A stretch of 63,925 bases of DNA, counting the filler, from Chiloscyllium plagiosum (taxonomy: Eukaryota): NCBI RefSeq assembly GCF_004010195.1. It is 4 parts of one record of this genome, joined end to end, with 100 filler letters (N's around TTAATTAATTAA, not from the genome) between each part and the next. Parts side by side here need not be neighbours in the genome. Positions count along the whole stretch, not along the records: positions 16,420 to 47,212 come from NC_057710.1; positions 47,313 to 59,121 come from NC_057710.1; 2 more parts are not named here. One strand, written 5' to 3'. Below, piece after piece: positions 39,440 to 52,574 of the stretch. The notes below the pieces were generated by a model. The model saw only the letters and a program-made list of their open reading frames with translations. It searched no databases and was not told the DNA's origin. A program made the position numbers and the translations under genes. Numbering within the stretch: position 1 is the first letter of the stretch; every line of letters begins with the position of its first letter.

Positions 39440-40970
39440 TCTCTGATCAATTCATGTCTCTGATAAACAGGATATGAATTTTTTTGTAAAAAAATGCTTC
39501 TCTCTAACCAGAGAGAAGGCATTGGTGGAGGATGATCTCGGGGAAGGCAATGTAGAGTTTAAGCCAAGTTGCCATTGAAAAGTAAGAGGTGTTGTGTATC
39601 TTAAAATATTAAGGTCGATAAGTCCCAGATCCTGGTGAGATCTATCCCAGAATATTGAGAAGGGCAAGAGAACATAATTACTGGAGCATCTTTGTGTCCG
39701 CATAGGCCACAGGTGAGGTCTTTGAGGACGAGAGAATAACCAATGTTGTCCCACTGCTTAAGAAGGGTAGCAGGGATAATCTGGGCAATTACAAGCCTGT
39801 GAGTCTCACGTCGGTGGTAGGGAGATTATTGGAAAAGATTGAGATAAGATCTATACACATTTAAAAGCAAATGGACTGAGTAACAATAAAATGGTTTGTG
39901 TGGGAGAAGATGTGCCTCACTAACTTGATCGGGTGTTTTGAGTAGGTGATTAAGATGATTGAGGGATATTGTCTACATGGACTTCAGTAAAGCCTTGACA
40001 AGGTCCCTTATGGAAGACTGGTACAGAAGGTGAAGTCACATGGTATAAGTGGTGAGCTGGCAGGATGTATACAGAACTGGCTGCATCATCAGAGACCGAG
40101 CGAGTGGCAGAATGATACTTTTTTGGATTGGAGGGCTATGACTAGTGGCGTTCCAAAGGGATCAGTGCTGGGATCTCTGCTGTTCGTGATTACGTAAATG
40201 AGTAATTAGTAAGTTTGTGAACAATACAAAGATTGGTGGAATTGGTGGATAGTGTGCAGGATTGTCAGCGAATTAATTGGAAGTATGGGCAGAAAAATGG
40301 CAGATGGAGTTTAATCCGGATAAATGTGAGTTGATGCATTTTGGAAGGCCAAGTATAGGTGAAAAATATACAGTGAATGGCAGAACCTTAGGAGTATTGA
40401 TATGCAGAGACATCTGGGTGTGCACAGGTTCATACATCACGGAAGATGGCAGTGCAGGTAGATAAGGTAATTTAAAAAAAAAAGGGCCTATGGCACGCTC
40501 CCCTTCATTGGGAAGGGCACTGAGTATAAGATAGACAAGTTATGCTGCAGCTTTATACAACTTTAGTTAGACCACACACTTAAAATATTGCATAAAGTTC
40601 TAGGCTATATACTTAGTCCAAGCCCGATGGTCTGAGACTTTCCCATGAGAGGAAACATCCTCTCAGCACTTATCCTGTCAAGGCCTTTAAGAATCCTGTA
40701 TGTTTCCACAAGATCACCTCTCCTCCTCCTAAACTCCAGTGAATGGAATCTCAATTTGTTCAACTGTTGCTCGTAAAATAATACCTCTCTACCAGGGATC
40801 ATCTTCATGAACCTTCTCTGAACTGCCTCCAGTGGAATAATCTTCCCTTTAATAAGGTGACCAAAATTGCTCACAGTACTCTAAATGTGGTCTCGCCAGC
40901 CTTCTAAGTAGCAGTAAGATTTCCCTACTCGTATACTACAACCCCTTTGAGAAAAGGGCTGACATTCCAA
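39440..40970. mobile_element. Two degenerate CR1 fragments tail to tail (+ strand 39440-40600; - strand 40610-40970)
   Basis: DKSPDP, NYKPVSL, GVPKGSVLG and WQMEFN on +; LEAVQRRFMKMIPG on -. Confidence 0.85.
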
Positions 40971-41905
40971 TCCCACAGACAATATTTGAGCTATTTCTTA
41001 TTCCTGCAGTTAAAGCACACAAAGTTAATCTACTCTGATTACTAAGCACCGTTGTCTTGTTAAAATTCTGAACATTATATTTTTAGGACTAGGTTCCTGT
41101 ATAGGTTATCCCCAGTGTCAGTAATTTCCCAGATATATAAATGGCATAATATCAGTAATTGGGGCAACAATTATAATCAGTGATCTTTCATAATTTTTCT
41201 TTTTGTCCACATCGCATTTAGTCATTTTTCAACAAAAATATTACATAACGTAAACTATTTTTTTCCCTGTTGAAGAATCATGGTTTTAAATCTCCTGTTT
41301 CCTGGTGTCACGACAGTGTAACTTCGATATGTTTCAAGTTTGTTTCATTTATGAAAGGCACAACAAGAGGGATTAAGGTGATGGAAATTACCTTTGTGAC
41401 TAAGTTTATTTGATACAAGCCTAAGAATGCAAAAATAAGAATTTAGGAGCAAGTGTAGACAGTTCAGTCCCTTGAGCTTCCTTGATACAGTCATGGCCTC
41501 AACTTTGCTTTCTTGTGACCCCTCAATAACCTTCAACCCGATATGAAGTAAAAATCTATCAATCTCCTCACTGTCCCAACATCCACTCCCCTCTGGGGTA
41601 GTGAATTACACAGATTCACATCCCCTTTTAGAAGCAATTTCTCCTCATCTCCGTTTTAGAATGAGGGATGGCAAATTTAAAACAGTGATCTCTTGTACTA
41701 TGTGCGCCACATGAGAAAATATTCTTTTTATGCCTACTTTATCAATCCAGTTAGATCTCATTCTTAACTCCAGAGCACAGACCTAAACTGCTCAATCCAA
41801 GGTTTTGAAGCTTGGAGTAAGTATATAGCCTAAATCTGAAAACTTTGTGCCATTCAGGTCAAAGGGATTGTAGGGCAACTTAAAGATCTGCTGCATTATA
41901 AGGGA

Positions 41906-42124
41906 GAAAGTGAGGTCTGCAGATGCTGGAGATCAGAGCTGAAAATGTGTTGCTGGAACAGCGCAGCAGGTCAGGCAGCATCCAGGGAACAAGAGAATTG
42001 ACTTTTCGGGCATAAGCCCTTCTTCAGGAATTCCTGAAGAAGGGCTTATGCCCAAAACATCGATTCTCTTGTTCCCTGGATGCTGCCTGACCTGCTGCGC
42101 TGTTCCAGCAACACATTTTCAGCT
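41906..42124. mobile_element. Palindromic PLE-derived element centred on GAATTC (42028-42033)
   Basis: Inverted arms of about 97 nt; 15-nt TSD CTGCATTATAAGGGA / CTGCATTTTAAGGGA. Confidence 0.88.
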
Positions 42125-42208
42125 CTGCATTTTAAGGGACCAGTTGAAGTAGAGTCACAAATGAAGAATAAGACCTTGAACGCTACAGCTACTTGACAAT
42201 TGTTAATG

Positions 42209-45200
42209 TGTACTGATCGTAATGAAGTTAACCACATGGAATATGAGTTCTCTGATTGGGGCAGTTAGTCTGGTCTAATCGGAACCCTGGCTGACAGATT
42301 AAAACAGTGGTGTCAGACTTTCCATTCATTCGAAGAGCTGGCTCTCAAGCAGCTGAATTAGTGTCAAGGACACTCCACGTGTAAATAAAGAGTGACTTGG
42401 TGACAGGATACCAGCCTCTGGAGTTATTTCAGTGGCGACAAGAGGAAAGGGTTGCTTCCGAAGAAATTCACTTGCAGCAGTCCTCTTTGATTTGTGATAA
42501 ATGTTTCTGGCATCATGCCATTATCTCATAAGCTTGACTTGTTTGATCCTGCTTGAAAGATTGTGTGCCCAGTATGTGAGAGGAATGCTTTAGTTTTTCT
42601 GGGCAAATAAGGTTGGGGCAGCTGAAAGAATAAGTACTTCGCCTGACTACTTGTAGACCCACATTTCTTTTTGGTTATTGGAATCCTAACTTTTCCTGAG
42701 GTACCAGATGATAAAAACCTTACAAGAGTTGACAGATTTAGAAAAGGAGTATTATAAGCCCAGTCCACCACTAATTCTGAGGCATGTTGATCATGAAGCA
42801 ATTCCACGATTCTGCGAGGTCTGCCTGATGCCATTTGCCTCACAGGCAAAAGTAGAGGCAGAAGGTTGGAAAGCAAAAGAATCCTCAAACCAGTCCTGTT
42901 TGCAAAATGGGCAAAATGGGCAACACTAATTATGAAGCCTGGTGTGTTCTTTTGCTAATGGGGATTTTAAACAAATGCTAAACAGCTTTTCACAATTGGA
43001 AAAATATCCAATCCATCAGAGGATTTGTATACCTACCTGGTGGGAGGGACTATCTGTTCTGAAGCTGGACATGAGCCATGTGTACTTGCAATTGTGATTG
43101 GAAGAGATTCCCAGAAGTATGCTGGTATTAATACCCATAAAAGTTTTTCTTGTAATAATTGGGGTATAGTTGGCCTATGCAATATTTCAGCGGACGATGG
43201 AGAACATTTTACAAGGTCTACCCCAGATCACCATTTATTGAGATGACGTGCGAATAATGGAAGATCAATAAGGAGTGCTGGTGGAACTTGGACAAAATCC
43301 TAAGACATTTCTCTCAGGCAGGCATACACTTAGAAGGGCACCCCAATCCTAATCACACTACAGAGTCGACAAGACTGCATTACACCTGTTAAGTGAGTGA
43401 TCAAAGGTGCCCAAGCTCCCACATCTGTACTGTTGAATTTTTTAAAAAGTCAGCCTTTGAATTGGTCATGTAACTAAGCCCTAGCTTTCACAGAAGTGGA
43501 GAAATCGCTTCTAATATGTTGGCACACTGATCCCAAATGAGATCTGGTATTGACATGCAGTGCCTCCCCACACTGCATCGGGGTCATATTAGCTTGTAGG
43601 TGGCCCAGTGGAGAGGAACGTCCAACAGTGCATGCATCCAGGACTTTGGCTAATGCAGAGCATAAGTATACCCAGGTAGATCATATTTGTAGTTGGGAAA
43701 TTCTACCAGTATCGTTATGAATGTAAATATTTAATAAGAACAGACCACAAACCTGTGCTAGCTTTACCTCCGAGGAAAAGGTTGTGCTGCCCACAGCTTC
43801 AGGTTGAATTCAGCGGTGGGCTTTAATACTGAGTGCGCATAATTACAAGTTGGCACACTGTCCAGGAGGCTCAATAGTAAACACTGATGCAATCAGCCAC
43901 CTCCCACTGGCAGATACGCCACTGGTGGTAACTGCCACTGGAAGAGTCAGTAATGGTTTTAAATTTTCTGGATACACTTCCAGTCACAGCTGACAATATC
44001 AGACTATGGACACAAAGATCAGATCCTGGAAAAACAAACGGTTGGTGGCATTGGGGTAAGCAAAAAGGCCATAACCAGTATTGAAATCTTTTATTGGATC
44101 AGGACAGACCAGATTACAGTAGAGGATGGCATATTGTTATTGTCCTGAGCAAAGGTTGGTGCTAGATATTGGCTTTGAACAGGTGCAGGGTCATCCCAGG
44201 GGTGTCCAAAGTGAAGATGATGATGAACAGTTTTCTGGTGGCCAGGATTGGATGCAGGCATAGCCATGTTGGTGGGACAGTGCCCAGAATGCCAATAAGG
44301 ACAAAAGTTACTACCAACAACTACCCCACATTTTTGGGAATGGCTTGTAAACCCTGGATTCAGTTGCATGGTTATTATGCAGGTCCTTTCGTGGGCTCCA
44401 TGGTCTTAGTCATTGTGGGTGCCCACTCAAAGTAGCTGGATGTGCATAGTTCATTTGTCAAACACAGGGCTACGATAGAAAAACTGTGCATATCTCCAAT
44501 ACCACGGACTCCTGGAAGTGTTGGTCACCGGTAATGGGCCATCATTTGCTAGCAGGAAATTTTGAATATTTCCTAAAGTTGAATGGTATTCATCAAAAAA
44601 AGGACAGCTCCATAACATCCACCATCCAATAGTGTGGCAGAAAGAACAGTAGGCTGAAAGAAACAGCCTACAGCTTCACTTGATACTAAACTGCTCCAGT
44701 TCCTATTGAGTATCAGACCATTCCTCATGTAAGTACAGGGATAGCTCCAGCAGAGTTGCTGAGGGGGAGAAGACTCCACACCAGGCCACAAGATTTGGTG
44801 TAGGAATCACCAGGAATAGGTAAGAGGCATAGTTGACATGAGATAAAGTCCAGTGACATTTCAAAAGTGTGCCAGTCCTAAACAAGCGCAGACCATATGC
44901 AAGCTGCAAACTCAGAGTGCGGTAACAAAACATGCCCGGCTCCTCAACAGCCTTTCTGACTATTCAGGAACCTGTGGGTTCTCCCTTTGTGTCAAGTGCT
45001 GCAGATACCTCGGAATCTGAGATTGACACAGCAGATGTTGCCACCTCGATGCCTTTACCACCTGAAGAAAAGGATGAATTTCTTTGGAGACACTCTGGGT
45101 GCAAGAAGTGCACGACTGTGTGTTAGATGCTGCCCATATCAGAAACAGAGTTGGAGGAAGCTGGCTAGTGCCAAAATGCCCAGGAGGAGCTTTTTAACAT

Positions 45201-45460
45201 AGACCGGTTCTTTTATGTACTTGGACCCAGAGGAAGAGTGATGTAATAATTATAACGAGGTCAGCCTGGTGGACCTCAATGATTTGGGCTGTGTAAACTG
45301 CTCCAATCAGGGAGCCCTGGCTGGCAGATAAGAACCAGAGTGTCAGACATCCTATTCACCTGAGACCTGGCTCTAATGAAGCTGGATCAGTGTCCAAGAT
45401 ATGCCATGTGTAAATAAAAGGTGACTCGGTGATGGGATACCACTCTCTGGAGTTACTTTA
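42209..45460 (+). mobile_element. Decayed, internally deleted Ty3/Gypsy LTR retrotransposon in a GPBP1 intron
   Basis: 5' LTR 42209-42431 followed by PBS-like TGGCGAC; RT (KLDMSHVYLQ, FQRTMENILQG, IY*DDV); RNase H (ASRTL, TDHKP); integrase (HPG, PWIQLH..YAGPF, NGPSF); purine tract, then 3' LTR 45242-45460. Confidence 0.92.
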
Positions 45461-47037
45461 CTGTTCATAAGTGAAGCACAACAGCATGCATTTATATAGT
45501 GCTTCTAATGTAGAAAAAGATCCCAAATGTTGCAAGGGAGAATATATAAAGGTGAGCTGAATATGGTGATGTTAGGAATAATTGTCAGAATGTATTTTTG
45601 GGAGGATCTTTCAAGACAGATAGAAATAATGAGACAGATAAGGAAATCTGCAGGCTTGTGGAAGGATGGAGCCATGGTAGATTTAACTGAGGACGAGAAT
45701 TTTAATTTTACAGTATTTCTGCTCTGAAAGTCAGTGCAGAGCAGCAAACACTGGTGTCATGGTGTGTGCGCAACTTGAATACCGTGGCACTTTAGCTAAA
45801 TTTTCATTCTTCACTTGTAAGCCTAAAGCGGTGAGCATCATCCTTCTGTTTTGACCAGAGAAGGAAAGGGCTTAAACCCACAGCTTTTTCTTTCCAATAC
45901 CTGAAAATTTGTGTCGAGGTATAATTTCAACACCCCAGTGTTGATAATTGGACATCTGGATACTTAATTTAAAATCATAAACTACTCCTGTAACAAAGAC
46001 GTTTGTCCAATTTTTGTCCTAATGTTTTAATTTTCATGAAGTCTTTGACATTTTTGTTTGCTTTTGGCTATAATTTTCCTAAGCAATCTATTTTCAGAAA
46101 TTATGCCTATGGACTGAGAGAGAACTTTTTTTTTCAGAAGGGTAGGATTGTTGAACCAGATTAAAATAATTGAAGCAAGTACTTAAGTTTAGCAAGAATT
46201 TATAGGGAAATTATACCTAAATATATTGAAGACAGAGGGCAGAATTGAATCCAACTGATGAGGGGTCTCCCTTGTCACGAAGGTGACACTGAGAGCACTG
46301 CATCATCTCTGTTGGGAAATGCCAACCATGAACTGGTCAGTGGATATTCACTTCCCCAGGATTTGTGACCCTGGGAGTGAACCCTGTCAGAGGCCAACAA
46401 CTCTGCTTTGCCTGTTCATGTTACTGGGAATGGTTGCAAGAGGCTTCAGATCAATGAAACATGCAGGTGAGTGAAGGTGCATTGGAGTTTGAGGTGGAAG
46501 TGACTGACCTCGCATGAGGACAAGGACTGATGGTCTGCTGCACTCCCATCTGCCCAACCCCCTCCAATGCTGTGTCCCTTGATCAAACAGAGTACTAGTT
46601 TCATGATCACCATTGCTGAAACTATCATCAATTTGTTTTAACAACACAATCTGTTCATGTGTCCTATAGGGAAACCAATCTACTATGCTTGCCTAGTCTG
46701 GCCTACATGTGATTTTACACCGATTTTTAATGTGGCGAACTCTTAACTACCCTCTGAAGTGGCCAAGCAATAAGGCATGACCAACAGGTGCTGTCTTTGC
46801 CAATGCCACCCACATCCTATGAAATATTGAGCCTTTTTAGATCTCTACTAGTTGGAATTCACATCTTTTATTTTAATCATATCATATTGGTAGTTGTGCC
46901 TCATCTCTCTGCTTTGGAATTTTCTGAGTTTCTCTCTCTTTTGTCTCTACTTCCATAAGCTTATTTAAAACCTCCTTCTTTAGTAAGCTCATCTGTCCTG
47001 ATGGCTCTACGTGCTTCTTTGTGCTTTACTTGATAAT

Positions 47038-47400
47038 AGAACATAGAACAATACAGCCGAACATTTGTCCTAGCTTAAGCACCCATCCATGTACCTATCC
47101 AATTGCCGCTTAAAGGTCACCAAAGATTCTGACTCTACCATTCCCACAGGCAGCGCATTCCATGCCCACACCACTCTCTGGGTAAAGAACCCACCCCTGA
47201 CATCCCCCCTATNNNNNNNNNNNNNNNNNNNNNNNNNNNNNNNNNNNNNNNNNNNNTTAATTAATTAANNNNNNNNNNNNNNNNNNNNNNNNNNNNNNNN
47301 NNNNNNNNNNNNAGGTCCGGGGGACTTGTCTATCCTCAAATTATTCAAAATGTCCAACACATCTTCCTTCCTAACAAGTATCTCCTCTAGCTTACCAGTC
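47038..47400 (-). mobile_element. Young CR1 of the same subfamily as 224-1380, spanning spacer 2
   Basis: 47060-47212 is nearly the exact reverse complement of about 1181-1337. Confidence 0.9.
47213..47312. other. Artificial contig spacer inside a minus-strand CR1
   Basis: Same 100-nt linker. A CR1 3' end lies to the left and a CR1 pre-RT segment (DKSPGP) to the right, and GPBP1 exons stay collinear across it. Confidence 0.97.
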
Positions 47401-47762
47401 CATAATGATCTAGTGAAATGCCTTGACATACGAATCCAAATGTATTGTGGGGGTCAGCAAGTAAAATGCAAATATAATGCTGCTTGTCAGCTCTGCATAC
47501 CCATACAGGATATGAAATCTATCTTATCATTAAATGCTGATTTTATTTTTTTCTCTCTCTGAACTAGAACCGTTTGATTTTATGGTTGCTGTACTGTTAC
47601 TCAGTGTAAAGTGGTTTCCATAAATTTAATTCCTTATTATCTCATACTATATCTTATCTGTCTCTTTTTCATTCAATCCTCATCATTTGAACCATCAGTA
47701 ACAGCATTGATTGCTAACTTAATCTGCAAGTTTACGTGATTATTTTTCTCTCTGTCATGTAG

Positions 47763-47947
47763 AAAATCCTCCAAATCCAAAATCTAGAACATCCAAAATG
47801 CTGGTCATTAAAAAGGTCCTTAAAGAAGAACCAATACTACCAGGATATCCTCTGACAGGGGGATCTCATCCCCAGCCTGTGAAGAATGGGACAGGACCCA
47901 GTGTCTATAAGGGATTGATTCCTAAGGCTGCTGGACCCCCAGCAAAG
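47763..47947 (+). CDS. GPBP1: GPBP1 coding exon: ENPPNPKSRTSKMLVIKK...VKNGTGPSVYKGLIPKAAGPPAK
   Basis: TAG acceptor and GTACGT donor; phase 1 to 0. Contains the vasculin motifs MLVIKK and KNGTGPSVYKGL. Confidence 0.96.
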
Positions 47948-48524
47948 GTACGTTGAGATCTCACCACACCAGTTAATAATGATCCTTGCTTAACATGTTT
48001 AATGGGGTGTTCCAATTTCCTTTTCTATTTTATTTGCGCAAATATCTAAAGTTAAAACCCAAGTTTAATCGAGACTATTTGGACAAACATTAAGTAGTTT
48101 GGATTAAAGTTGAAAAGTTAATTTTTCTAATGATCAGGAATGCGACTCTTAGCAAGTAAAATAATCAAGCATTTGATGATGTGTTGGTCTGTCCTTGTGT
48201 GTGTCTGCATCTGAAGCTTGGCATAATAATTCAGGACATCTTTTGGCAGTGCACAAGAACCTAAAAGGAAAGTGGGGGTGGTGAGACTGGTGTGTGCGTA
48301 AGAGTCAAAACACAGTGCACTAGCTTCATTTGGAATCTTATTGCTATTTGACAAATTGAGAGAAAAAGGCTTAGAACAGTTTTATGCCTGGTTGTGAAGT
48401 TTTGATGGAAAGCCAGTTGCCATGACTTGGAAGTGCCGGTGTTGGACTGGGGTGGACCAAGTTTTTAAAAAATCTCTCAATACCAGGTTATAGTCCAACA
48501 GTGCTTTCAAATAAACCTGCTGGA

Positions 48525-50011
48525 TGTTCAAAGTTTGGGTGAAGATTTGTAGCTCGGGTGCTTGTTGTTGTGGTTCTGTTTGCCGAGCTGGAAATTTTTG
48601 TTGCAAACGTTTCGTCCCCTGTCTAGGTGACATCCTCAGTGCTTGGGAGCCTCCTGTGAAGCGCTTCTGTGGTGTTTCCTCCGGCATTTATAGTGGCCTG
48701 TCCCTGCCGCTTCCGGTTGTCAGTTTCAGCTGTCCGCTGTAGTGGTCGGTATATTGGGTCCAGGTCCATGTGTTTGTTGATGGAGTTTGTGTATGAGTGC
48801 CATGCTTCTAGGAATTCCCTGGCTGTTCTTTGTTTCGCTTGCCCTATAATGGTAGTGTTGTCCCAGTCGAATTTATGTTGCTTGTCATCTGCGTGTGTGG
48901 CTACTAAGGATAGCTGGTCGTGGCGTTTCATGGCGAGTTGATGTTCATGGATGCGGCTCGTTAGCTGTCTTCCTGGGTCAGATATGTTGATGACACCTTT
49001 GTGATCATTAAAAACACAGAAATAGAGAAAACACACCGGATCATCAACGCCACACTCTCAGGAATCCTATTCACGAGAGAAGAAGAAAAGGATAACCAAC
49101 TCCCATTCCTAGACGTGATGGTACACAGAACACCGAACAGAGAATTCACCACAAAGGTATAGCCACACACACAGACCAAGTCCTGAACTATGAAAGCAAC
49201 CACTCCAACACACACAAAAGAAGTTGCATCCAGACACTATTCAAAAGGACCACAACACACTGCAGCACACCAGAACTGCAAAAAGAGGAAGAGGAACACC
49301 TGTACAAGGTATTCGCCAAAAACGGATACCCGCGCAACTTCATCAACAGATGCCTAAGAGAAAGACAACGGAACGAGAACATGCCGCAACCCAAAGGACT
49401 AGCCACACTACCATACATCAGGAGCATTTCAGAACTGACAGCCAGACTACTACTATTACTAGGACTTGTAACAGCACACAAACCAACAGCCACGCTCAGA
49501 CAACAACTCACCAGAACGAAGGACCCGATACGCAGAGGAGCAAAACTGATGTAGTGTACAAAATCCCATGCAAGGACTGTACAAAACACTATATAGGACA
49601 AACAGGAAGACAGCTAATGATCTGCATCCATGAACATCAACTAGCCACGAAACGCCACGACCAGCTATCCTTAGTAGCCACACACGCAGATGACCAGCAA
49701 CATGAATTCAACTGGGACAACACTACCATTATAGGGCAAGCCAAACAAAGAACAGCCAGGGAATTCCTAGAAGCATGGCACTCATCCACAAACTCCATCA
49801 ACAAACACATGGACCCGGACCCAATATACCAACCACTACAGCGGACAGCTGAAACTGACAACCGGAAGCGGCAGGGACAGGCCACTATAAATGCCAGAGG
49901 AAACACCACAGAAGCGCTTCACAGGAGGCTCCCAAGCACTGAGGATGTCACCTAGACAGGGGACGAAACGTTTGCAACAAAAATTTCCAGCTCGGCAAAC
50001 AGAACCACAAC
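48525..50011 (+). mobile_element. 5'-truncated Penelope-like retroelement (Poseidon-type) with an inverted pseudo-LTR
   Basis: RT WVRYVDDTF and LPFLDV; GIY-YIG VVYKIPCKDCTKHYIGQTGR. 48555-48975 is an inverted copy of about 49602-50011, with an extra tail at 48525-48554. 12-nt TSD AAACCTGCTGGA (48513-48524 and 50012-50023). Confidence 0.95.
49936..49975 (+). ncRNA. Minimal hammerhead ribozyme in the PLE pseudo-LTR (mirror copy at 48603-48642 on the - strand)
   Basis: GCA-CUGAGGA-U-GUC-A-CCU-AGAC-AGG-G-GAC-GAAA-CG-UU-UGC: stem I GCA/UGC, extended stem II, palindromic ACGU. Confidence 0.8.
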
Positions 50012-51611
50012 AAACCTGCTGGACTATAACCTGGTGTTGTGATTTTTTTTTAATATGAAGCAGAAAAAACGAATTTTTAGGTCAGAAATTTCCATTTAAC
50101 CTTTTAAGTCTGACTTGACAATACATCAAATTAGTTGAGACATTTTAAAATTTTTAAAACCGAGATCACCCAGTTAAGCCAAACAGAAACGTCTTTGAAA
50201 ATGGAGTAAAGCATGACAAAAAACTTGTTTTGCATTCTGCTGAAACCTAGTCTTATAAAAGTCAATATTTTTGACTTGGTTACATGACAAATTTTAGGAG
50301 ATCGGCAGTAGAAAACGTAAATAAGGTCATGATTGGAATTGATTCAGGCCAAATTAAAACTAATTCTAGTGTCAGTAGAGACCAATGTTCTTGAATAGGG
50401 CTTTTCAGGGTACTGACAACATTCAAAACCTACAATAAGAAATAGGAACAGGAGTAGGTTGTTTGGTCCCTCTAGCCTATTCCACTACTCAATAATAGGA
50501 CCATGACTGATCTGACATTCCTCACGTCTACTTTGCTGCCCTTTCCCTGTAAACCTTGATTTCCCTTCTGGTTTAAGAATCTATCCATCTCAACCAAGTA
50601 ATTAATTAATGGGGAAGATTCAGTAAATTTTACACCAAAGCTTGTTTTTTGTTTAATATTGCTTGAACTTCTGATAGTAACTGATGTTTTCACATTTCCA
50701 CATGGCCCTAGAGCCAAGGGTAAAATAAATTATTGATATATTGCAATGATGTAGAGAGGCTAAAGGAGCTGAGGTTGCTGTCATTCGTATCACAACATAG
50801 TACTGAAGAAGGAAGCCATTCAGTCCATCAGAATATGTGCCAACTAATTAAAGGGGCAATCTAGTTAGTCCATTTCACCCGTAACCCTGCAATCTTGTTT
50901 CCTTCCAGTAGTCATCTAAGTATCTTTCTGAAGATTCCTTTTGAATCTGTGACTATCACCCAATTAGGCAGTGTTCAAAATCCTAACTTGTCATTGCCTG
51001 AAAACTTTTTTCTCATGGCCGGCTCTGGCTTTTAGCCACTCATCTTAAATTGGTACCACTGGTTATTGACCTTTCAATGACTCAACAGTTTCTCTTCACT
51101 TACTATATTTAAAGCCTTCATGGCTTTAGACTCTTCAATTAAATCTCCTGCAAGTCTTCTCTCCTCTTAAAGGGAACAACCCTAAGTTCTACAGTCTTCC
51201 TAAAACTCTTATCCTGATCTTTATATGAAGATTGTATCTCTCTTCCTGAATTTTTGATTGTGGGCTGAAATGACTTTTTACAAAGTTATTTTTACCGAGT
51301 GTTAAAGGATTATTACACTGGTTAAAAGCAAGCAATGTGAACTTGTGTGAGTATTGTTTACCCAGTTGCTTGTTGATAGAATAGTGCAAGCAGAGTTTGC
51401 AGTCAAGCTGGAGCCAGATGGTGTGTACAAATGGGGCTTTGGCTGGCAACAAGTAGCTGATTCATTTGTGGATGAATGATCACTTATCAATATCAACATC
51501 TCTTCAGTTGGCTGCCAGACACCGAAACAGTTTATAGATGTAAATGTTTGGGAGAAGCAATCAAATCTCTGCAAAGAGAGCAGTTCTCCATTTTTTTTTT
51601 CCCTGCAATTA

Positions 51612-51990
51612 CAGTCATAGCCATAGTCATACAGCATGGAAATAGACCCTATTACCCTACCCGTCCATTCTGACCAAGTTTCCCAAAGTAAAATTAGTCC
51701 TACAGGCCTGTGTTTGGCCTGTATACCAAACAGGTATATTCCCTATTCATGTACCTATCCAAATGTCTTTTTAAATGTTGTAATCATACCTGCATCTAAC
51801 ACTTTCTCTGGCAGTTCATTACACATGCAAAACATCCACTGTGAAATAGTTGTTCCTCTGGTCCCTTTTAAATCTTTCTCCTCTCACCTTAAAATTATGC
51901 CCTGTGGTTATGAACTCCCTCACCCTAGAGAAAAGGCCTTCCCTATTCATCTTATCGATGTCCCTCATGATTTTTTTAAAACCTCTATAA
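51612..51990 (-). mobile_element. CR1 3' end
   Basis: CATAGT-type tail and 3' UTR. Confidence 0.8.
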
Positions 51991-52574
51991 TATTCTGTGC
52001 ATACCTTGGTTTCTTCTATTATATCATCTTTTCTTTTGAGCAGTAAACTATTTGTTTTATTATTAAAATCAAAGGTGTATCATTGCATGCTTATCTTTCA
52101 GTGAGAGATCACCCAGTTAAAACCAAGCAAAATGTTTGATTTATCAATGGTGGGCAAGATATTGGAGAAGGTTCTTGGGGGCAAGATTTACACTCATTTG
52201 GAAAAGAAGAGACTTATTAGGGATAGTCAGCAGGGCTGACGTGTGCAAGTTGTCTCAAATTTGATTGCTTTTTTTTAGCAAGTGATGTTTGAAGATAGGG
52301 CAGTGGTTGTAGTCATTGTGGACTTTTTCAAATGCTTTACGATGGTCCCTTGTGATTAGCTGGTCCAGAAGATTAAGTTGAGTGGCCTCCATGGTGAATT
52401 GGCATGTTTGGTACAAAATTGGCTTGGTCATAGGAGACAGCAGGGTGTTACTCTGACTGCAGATCTGTGACCACAAGGATCAGTCCTGGAACCTTTATTT
52501 ATTATAGGGTATAGATGAGTTGAAAAGTTTGCCATAAAAATGGCAGATGGAGCTTAATCTGGACAAGTGCGATG

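Noticed and set aside
46254..46281. CTGATGAG...CGAAGG hammerhead-like string
   Set aside because: Lacks the GAAA core and a proper stem II/stem I arrangement.
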